DNA of 64,000 nt from positions 2,496,001-2,560,000 of the forward strand of contig OZ220696.1 of the NCBI GenBank assembly GCA_965116495.1. The letters run 5' to 3'. Below, piece by piece: positions 58,978 through 64,000 of the stretch. The notes under the pieces were generated by a model. The model made no database searches. It worked only from the letters and a program-made list of their open reading frames with translations, and was not told the DNA's origin. The position numbers and the translations under genes were made by a program. The stretch comes from Gammaproteobacteria bacterium. Lineage in GTDB: Bacteria; Pseudomonadota; Gammaproteobacteria; Eutrophobiales; Eutrophobiaceae. The stretch's first letter is position 1. The number at the start of each line of letters is the position of its first letter.

Positions 58978-60126
58978 ATGGATTTTTCACTGACTGAAGA
59001 ACAGCAAATAGCGGTGGACTCGTTCCGACGGTTTGTCGAAACGGAGATACGCCCCGCTATGGAATCCTACGAGGACCAGTTTGTGCCCAGGGAAGAGATG
59101 CGTGCATTGATACGGCAGCTACAACCCTTTGGCGTGATCAATGGACCGGTAGTAGAGGAATACGGCGGCTTCGGCCTGGATCTGCTCACTTATGGACTGT
59201 TGTTCGAGGAGTTAGCCCGTGTTTCAGCCGACCTGGCGGTTGTCGCCCTGTTGCAGATGGAGAGCAGCAAACTGCTCGCCAGCGTTCCTGGTGAACTGAC
59301 CGCGCCGTACCTGCATGCCATAGCCGAATGTGACAAGTTTGGATCCATAGGGATCAGCGAACCCGATGTGGGTTCCAATATTGCTGAAATCAGGACCAGG
59401 GCTAAACGGGACGGCGATCACTTCGTGATTAATGGCGAGAAACAGTGGATATCCAACGGCCACTACTCCGATTTCAATATCTGCGTGGCTCAGGTTGAGG
59501 ATGAGGCGACAGGGAACGGGCTGGCATTGCTGCTGGTGGATCGGGAACACGGCTATGAAAGCCGGAATATTCCCAAGCTGGTCCTGAACAGCCAGTCTAC
59601 GGCACAGTTGTTTTTCAATGACGTACGAGTGCCGGCGGCAAATATGTTGACGCCGCCGGGGAAAGGGTTGGGAAAGATGCTGGGCTTGCTGGAAGCAGGC
59701 CGTCCCCTGGTCGGACTGATGGCCGTTGCCGTGGCGCAAGCGGCGCTGGATGATTCCATAGCTTACGCCGGAGACAGGAAACAGCACGGCAAGCCCATTG
59801 CCGGACACCAGCTGGTCCAGGCCATGATCGCAGAGATGGCGACGGAAATTGACGCCGCAAGACTGTTGTGTTTTCGTGCTCTCGACCAGATCCAGAAAGG
59901 CATCCGCAGTGATATTGAAAGCTCCAAGGCGAAACTGTTTGCCACCGACATGGCGTTGCGGGCCGTGAATAAGGCGATGGAAATCCATGGCGGTAACGGC
60001 CTGACGACGGAGTTCCGCGTGGAAAAACTCTACCGCCTGGCGCGTATCTTCCCCATAACCGAGGGGACAACGGAAATGCAGAAATTGATAATAGGCAGGG
60101 GTTTACTCGGAGTTCCGGCCTTTTAG
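58978..60126 (+). CDS. Acyl-CoA dehydrogenase
   Basis: ISEPDVGS, INGEKQWISN, R.QHGKPI, IHGGNG and ITEGTTEMQKLIIGR motifs. Confidence 0.92.
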   Translation: MDFSLTEEQQIAVDSFRRFVETEIRPAMESYEDQFVPREEMRALIRQLQPFGVINGPVVEEYGGFGLDLLTYGLLFEELARVSADLAVVALLQMESSKLLASVPGELTAPYLHAIAECDKFGSIGISEPDVGSNIAEIRTRAKRDGDHFVINGEKQWISNGHYSDFNICVAQVEDEATGNGLALLLVDREHGYESRNIPKLVLNSQSTAQLFFNDVRVPAANMLTPPGKGLGKMLGLLEAGRPLVGLMAVAVAQAALDDSIAYAGDRKQHGKPIAGHQLVQAMIAEMATEIDAARLLCFRALDQIQKGIRSDIESSKAKLFATDMALRAVNKAMEIHGGNGLTTEFRVEKLYRLARIFPITEGTTEMQKLIIGRGLLGVPAF

Positions 60127-60160
60127 AATATGACTCGATTGATTTCTTATGGAGGAATGA

Positions 60161-61342
60161 GTGAATAAGCGAGGCATTGCCATCATCGGCGTGAGCGAGG
60201 TCCCGACCCGGCGCATGCCGGAACGCACACGCTGGGATATCCTGCTCGATGTCTGTATCGGCGCGGTGCGCGACGCGGGCATCGACAAGGACGATATCAA
60301 TGCGGTGATTTCCCCCAACCCCATGGCGCAACCGCAGATAGCCCTGGAAATGGCGCTGGGAAGAATCCCTGAAGTGCTGGGTTTGAACGGCTGCCGCGAT
60401 ATCTGCGTGACCAACGCCGGCGGCACGTCGACAACCAACTGTATCCGCATCGCCGAACAGCTGATCGATTCCGGCCAGGCCGATTTCGTGCTTATTCCCC
60501 ATACTACGGTCCAATCGGACATCCCTGTGCAAGACCTGATCAATTTCTTTGCCACGGCGCCGCTGGACAAGGAGTGGGAATATCCCTGGGGGGTGTCGTT
60601 CAACGGGTCCATGGGCCTGATTACCCAGCGCTACATGTACGAAACCGGGGCGACGGCGGAGGACATGGCGGCAGTGACCGTGGGTCTCAGGGCCTGGGCG
60701 GCGCTGGACCCCAATTCGATATTTTACGAAAAACCCGTGACCCTTGAAGACGTGCTCAATTCCCGCATGGTCAGCACGCCCCTGCATGCCCGGGAGTGCA
60801 ACCTGCTGGCGGACGGCGGCGGGGCGCTGGTATTGACGTCCCATGACATTGCGAAACAACTTGGCGGCAAGGCTACCTACAAGCTGGGTCATGGAACGCG
60901 CTTCATGAGCGCGACGCCGGTGCTGCGCAAGGACGTGTTCCATCGCCGGGCCTACGGTGAAACGAGCGGCGATGCCCTGGAGCAGGCAGGTTTATCGATC
61001 GGGGACATGGACCTGCGCCAGATCTACGGCGCCTATCCATACACGCAGTGTTCCGCCCTGGAAGCGTACGGAGTCTGCGCCATCGGCCAAGGGGCGAAAC
61101 TGTGGGCGGAGGGTCGCTGCAGTCCGGGCGGCGACCTGCCCTGCACCACCATGGGAGACGCCACCGGCCGCGGCCACGTAGGCTCAGGCGTGAGCATGGC
61201 CTTCTATATCGATACCGCCAGACAGTTGTTCGGTGAGGCAGGCGAACGCCAGGTCCCGGATTGCGCGCACGCCATCCTTACGACCTCGGGCGGTTCGGTT
61301 ATGAACGCCTGTACGACAGTATTCGGGAGGGAACCGCGATGA
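60161..61342 (+). CDS. Thiolase-like protein (SCP-x/Ltp2 subgroup)
   Basis: IAIIGV, RYMYETG.T.ED.A.V, SRMVSTPL...EC...ADGGGA.V and GERQV motifs; no CxS nucleophile motif at the expected place (NAGGTS). Confidence 0.82.
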   Translation: MNKRGIAIIGVSEVPTRRMPERTRWDILLDVCIGAVRDAGIDKDDINAVISPNPMAQPQIALEMALGRIPEVLGLNGCRDICVTNAGGTSTTNCIRIAEQLIDSGQADFVLIPHTTVQSDIPVQDLINFFATAPLDKEWEYPWGVSFNGSMGLITQRYMYETGATAEDMAAVTVGLRAWAALDPNSIFYEKPVTLEDVLNSRMVSTPLHARECNLLADGGGALVLTSHDIAKQLGGKATYKLGHGTRFMSATPVLRKDVFHRRAYGETSGDALEQAGLSIGDMDLRQIYGAYPYTQCSALEAYGVCAIGQGAKLWAEGRCSPGGDLPCTTMGDATGRGHVGSGVSMAFYIDTARQLFGEAGERQVPDCAHAILTTSGGSVMNACTTVFGREPR

Positions 61343-61752
61343 GTGAAAGACAACGACCCCTGCCGGAGATACAGTCTTTTTCCAGGCCGTTCTGGGACGG
61401 GACCCGCGCCCACAAACTGCTGATCCAGCATTGCTGCGACTGTGACGCCCTGATCTTCTACCCGCGCCGGGAATGTCCCGAATGCTGGTCCACCAACCTG
61501 GACTGGAAGGAAAGCAGCGGCAAGGCAACCCTGTACTCTTATTCCATAACCTACGAAGGCGTGGAAGAGAAGTTTGCCGACGACCTGCCGATTATCCTGG
61601 CCTGGGTGGATCTGGCGGAAGGGGTCAGGATAACGACCAATATTATCGATTGCGACCCCGGTGATGTTTATATAGGCATGGAACTTGAGGTCGCGTATCG
61701 CGCGCTGACCGACGAAGTGACCCTGCCGTTCTTTAGACCTGTTAAATCATGA
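61339..61752 (+). CDS. DUF35 Zn-ribbon/OB-fold protein
   Basis: Probable start ATG 61339 overlapping the thiolase stop; PFWDG...CCDC...YPR.ECPEC...G..TLYSYS. Confidence 0.9.
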   Translation: MSERQRPLPEIQSFSRPFWDGTRAHKLLIQHCCDCDALIFYPRRECPECWSTNLDWKESSGKATLYSYSITYEGVEEKFADDLPIILAWVDLAEGVRITTNIIDCDPGDVYIGMELEVAYRALTDEVTLPFFRPVKS

Positions 61753-61812
61753 ACAGCCTCCATGTCTGAACTTGCCGGCAGGTTAAAACAGGAAGCCTGC
61801 TGTTTTCCTGTT

Positions 61813-61865
61813 GGGGAACAGACCCCCGCTTACAACATGCGGGGGCATGCTTGAAATCTGTCCCC
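61813..61865. repeat. Nested hairpin related to the GGGGACAGA...TCTGTCCCC family
   Basis: ggggaacaga-cccccgc-ttacaacat-gcggggg-catgcttgaaa-tctgtcccc; overlaps the TTG start of the next ORF. Confidence 0.6.
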
Positions 61866-62435
61866 GAAAAGTCAGAGCATAGCAGACCAGGTTGGGGCAA
61901 ATGGGGAACCTGGGAGGAGACTGAATCGTTCTTGGGCAAGGTCATCGGCGTCGCAGAGGGCGCGGACGCCGTGGAACAGGGCACCATCAGGCGCTGGATG
62001 GAATCCAAGGAGTTCGACTGCCCCATCCACCTTGACGATGCGGCCGCCCGGGCGGCGGGCTACAATGGCATAATTGCGCCGGACAGCATGATCTTCACCT
62101 ACGGCCTCCCTGCCTACTGGCAGAGTGGCGACCCCCATGAAAAGCCCGGCGCCGAGCCCAAACAAATTCCCATCCCGGTCATTTTCGATGTGCCGGCGCC
62201 CTGCAACCTGAGTTTCGCCTCCAATATCGACGTGGAATATTTCGCGCCCATGTACCTGGGTGACCGGATTACCCGCACCAGCCGCCTGGTGAGCATAAAT
62301 CGCAAGACCCTGCGGGTCGGCAACGGCGCCTTTCTGCGCCAGGAAGACACCTACACCAACCAGCATGACGAGGTGGTTGCCATCGTCAACCTGGATATAT
62401 TCAGGTTCGTTGCGCCGGACGGCAAGGAAGACTGA
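61851..62435 (+). CDS. MaoC/FAS1-like hot-dog dehydratase subunit
   Basis: PIHLDDAAARAAGY.GIIAP, VEYFAPMYLGDRIT and YTNQHDEVV motifs; start codon uncertain. Confidence 0.8.
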   Translation: MKSVPEKSEHSRPGWGKWGTWEETESFLGKVIGVAEGADAVEQGTIRRWMESKEFDCPIHLDDAAARAAGYNGIIAPDSMIFTYGLPAYWQSGDPHEKPGAEPKQIPIPVIFDVPAPCNLSFASNIDVEYFAPMYLGDRITRTSRLVSINRKTLRVGNGAFLRQEDTYTNQHDEVVAIVNLDIFRFVAPDGKED

Positions 62436-62436
62436 A

Positions 62437-62868
62437 ATGGTCGACTGGTCCAGGCAGATAACCCTTGACGATGTAGCCGTAGGCGCGGAGATTCCGGAAA
62501 CCTCCATGCCCATCACCCTGCAGCGCCTGGTGATGGAAGCCGGCTCCAACCGCGACCTGTCGCTCATCCACCATGACAAGGAAGTAGCGCAATCAACCGG
62601 CGCTTCCGACGCTTACATGAATACGTTTTTTATCCTGGGCCTGTTCGAAAGAATGCTGCGGGAGTGGATGGGGACGGGAGGCAGGCTGAAAAAGATCGGC
62701 TCCCTGCAGATGAAGTCCTTCAACGTCGTCGGCGACGTCGTCTATTGCAGGGGCAAGGTAACCGGCAAGCAGGATGACGGGACGGTGAACCTTGATATCC
62801 GGATGGAGAATGAGGAAAGGGTTACTGTGACCGCGGTCACTGTGGTAAACCTGCCATTGGAAGCGTAA
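62437..62868 (+). CDS. MaoC-like hot-dog dehydratase subunit
   Basis: Probable start ATG 62437; AGSNRDLSLIHHD..A...G hydratase motif, GD...C.GKV. Confidence 0.82.
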   Translation: MVDWSRQITLDDVAVGAEIPETSMPITLQRLVMEAGSNRDLSLIHHDKEVAQSTGASDAYMNTFFILGLFERMLREWMGTGGRLKKIGSLQMKSFNVVGDVVYCRGKVTGKQDDGTVNLDIRMENEERVTVTAVTVVNLPLEA

Positions 62869-62871
62869 TAA

Positions 62872-62899
62872 CGTCATTCCTGCGAATGCAGGAATTCAG
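62872..62899 (+). repeat. REP-like GTCATTCC...GGAAT element
   Basis: cgtcattcctgcgaatgcaggaattcag. Confidence 0.8.
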
Positions 62900-62944
62900 T
62901 CAAAAATTATCTTCATCTCATTTCACATTGGAAAATACTGACAT

Positions 62945-62973
62945 TTGACTATCGAACATTTTTGTTCGATACT
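62945..62973 (+). promoter_or_regulatory. hicAB promoter with palindromic operator
   Basis: TTGACT, 17 bp, GATACT, 7 nt, ATG; operator tatcgaaca-tttt-tgttcgata (62950-62971) lies between the boxes. Confidence 0.75.
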
Positions 62974-62980
62974 GGCAACT

Positions 62981-63193
62981 ATGAAGGGAAGCGAATTTAT
63001 TAACCGGGTGAAAAAACTGGCTAAGGCTAAGGGTTTTCCGTTTGAGGTAAGTAGAGAACGTGGAAAGGGCAGTCACATAACCCTGTATTATGCTGACCGA
63101 TATACAATTCTGAGAAATCCGAAAGATGAATTGAAAACAGGCACTTACCATGCCATGTTGAAACAACTGGGGATTGACAAATCGGAGATATAG
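62981..63193 (+). CDS. hicA: HicA family toxin
   Basis: Probable start ATG 62981; RGKGSH catalytic motif, ELKTGTYHAMLKQLGI. Confidence 0.88.
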   Translation: MKGSEFINRVKKLAKAKGFPFEVSRERGKGSHITLYYADRYTILRNPKDELKTGTYHAMLKQLGIDKSEI

Positions 63194-63196
63194 ACC

Positions 63197-63622
63197 ATGA
63201 AATACACTTATCCTGTCATTCTCACTGAAGACAAAGATGATGGCGGATACATCGTTACTTGCCGTGACCTCCCGGAAGTGATTACCCAGGGCGATACGGT
63301 TGCAGAAGCACTTGCTGCGGCGGCCGATGCGCTGGATGAAGCCTTTTGCGGCCACATCAATCACGGCAGAGATATTCCTGAACCTTCGGCTGAACAGGCC
63401 GGAGAACGGTTGGTTCCGGTACCGGTGATCACTGCCTTGAAAGCAGCGGCTTACACCAAATTTCGCGAATCCGGCCAGACCAAGGTGGCGATTGCCGAAG
63501 TCCTGGACATCAAAGAAAGCGAAGTACGCCGCATTCTTGACCCGCGCCATGGCACCAAGGCCGCTACCCTGGAATGGTTTATCCGTTCGTTAGGGGGCGA
63601 CGTGCTAGTTAGTATGAGTTAG
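63197..63622 (+). CDS. hicB: HicB family antitoxin with C-terminal HTH
   Basis: YPVIL...GGYIVTCRDLPEVITQGDT..EAL...IP.PS, then an HTH (RRILDPRHGTK). Confidence 0.9.
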   Translation: MKYTYPVILTEDKDDGGYIVTCRDLPEVITQGDTVAEALAAAADALDEAFCGHINHGRDIPEPSAEQAGERLVPVPVITALKAAAYTKFRESGQTKVAIAEVLDIKESEVRRILDPRHGTKAATLEWFIRSLGGDVLVSMS

Positions 63623-63663
63623 TCAATCCCGGTTCAAGTAAACAAAATGAACGGCAACCTGGT

Positions 63664-64000
63664 ATGAATGACCCTGACGCGCATATCCGGTCGGCTGCGA
63701 TTTCCGCCATGGAAAAACTGGTGCGCTACCAGCCGGACGGATTGGTCTCTTGGGATGCAATCCACCGGGGATTTCAGGTCGGTTCCGAACATATTCACTT
63801 CGCCAACCGCGCTCGAGGCATCTTCAAACCCAGGCAGATGAGCGCGGCGCTTAGCATCAAAACGGTGGTTCCTCGCGCCGGACGTCCCACGTGGTACAGC
63901 GACCAGGGATTAGCTTCATCAAAGCTTGATGCCCTGACAGGTTTGTGGCATTACGATTTGGCGCGCGGGGGACTGGACGATCACACCAACCGGGCATTGC
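63664..64000 (+). CDS. Putative HNH/restriction endonuclease, N-terminal part (runs off window)
   Basis: Manual translation MNDPDAHIRSAAI...FANRARGIFKPRQMSAALSIKT...WY.DQ...Y......D..NRAL resembles the SRA-like N-terminus of predicted HNH restriction endonucleases. The HNH domain itself is not in the window. Confidence 0.55.
   Translation, partial: MNDPDAHIRSAAISAMEKLVRYQPDGLVSWDAIHRGFQVGSEHIHFANRARGIFKPRQMSAALSIKTVVPRAGRPTWYSDQGLASSKLDALTGLWHYDLARGGLDDHTNRAL

Noticed and set aside
59615-60943. 442-aa antisense ORF and similar overlapping ORFs in the catabolic region
   Set aside because: They overlap well-supported genes on the opposite strand and show no family motifs.
1-64000. rRNA, tRNA, riboswitch or prophage genes
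   Set aside because: None recognised by eye. An Infernal/tRNAscan run would be needed to exclude small structured RNAs.

Overview
Bacterial chromosomal window, probably a gammaproteobacterium. A host-associated (e.g. sponge-symbiont) origin is a low-confidence inference from the gene repertoire. It has four blocks. (1) 1-2.55 kb: a DMT transporter fragment, an HSD10-like SDR, an inserted vapBC module and an enoyl-CoA hydratase. (2) 2.55-29.63 kb: a 27-kb segment bounded by a perfect 28-bp inverted repeat. Almost all of it is one ~8,350-aa Calx-beta/Ig-like repeat adhesin ending in an autotransporter-type beta-barrel. The adhesin has 708-bp near-perfect tandem repeats and a 24-C tract in an upstream ORF whose stop codon overlaps the adhesin RBS. 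(3) 29.65-62.9 kb: catabolic genes, namely AraC, three exported amidohydrolases, two D-amino-acid oxidoreductases, a TonB receptor, two convergent EthD-EthD/SDR pairs, an acyl-CoA ligase, a BisC-like Mo enzyme, fused IOR, Rid, an alpha-hydroxy-acid oxidase and an ACAD/thiolase-like/DUF35/MaoC module. (4) 62.9-64 kb: hicAB and a partial HNH-type nuclease gene. The most notable unannotated signal is a family of short GGGGTC/GGGGAC-ended repeats. They sit at gene truncation points and accessory-gene junctions, although the window has no transposase or integrase. No rRNA, tRNA or CRISPR array was seen. All calls come from reading motifs by eye; no searches were run.
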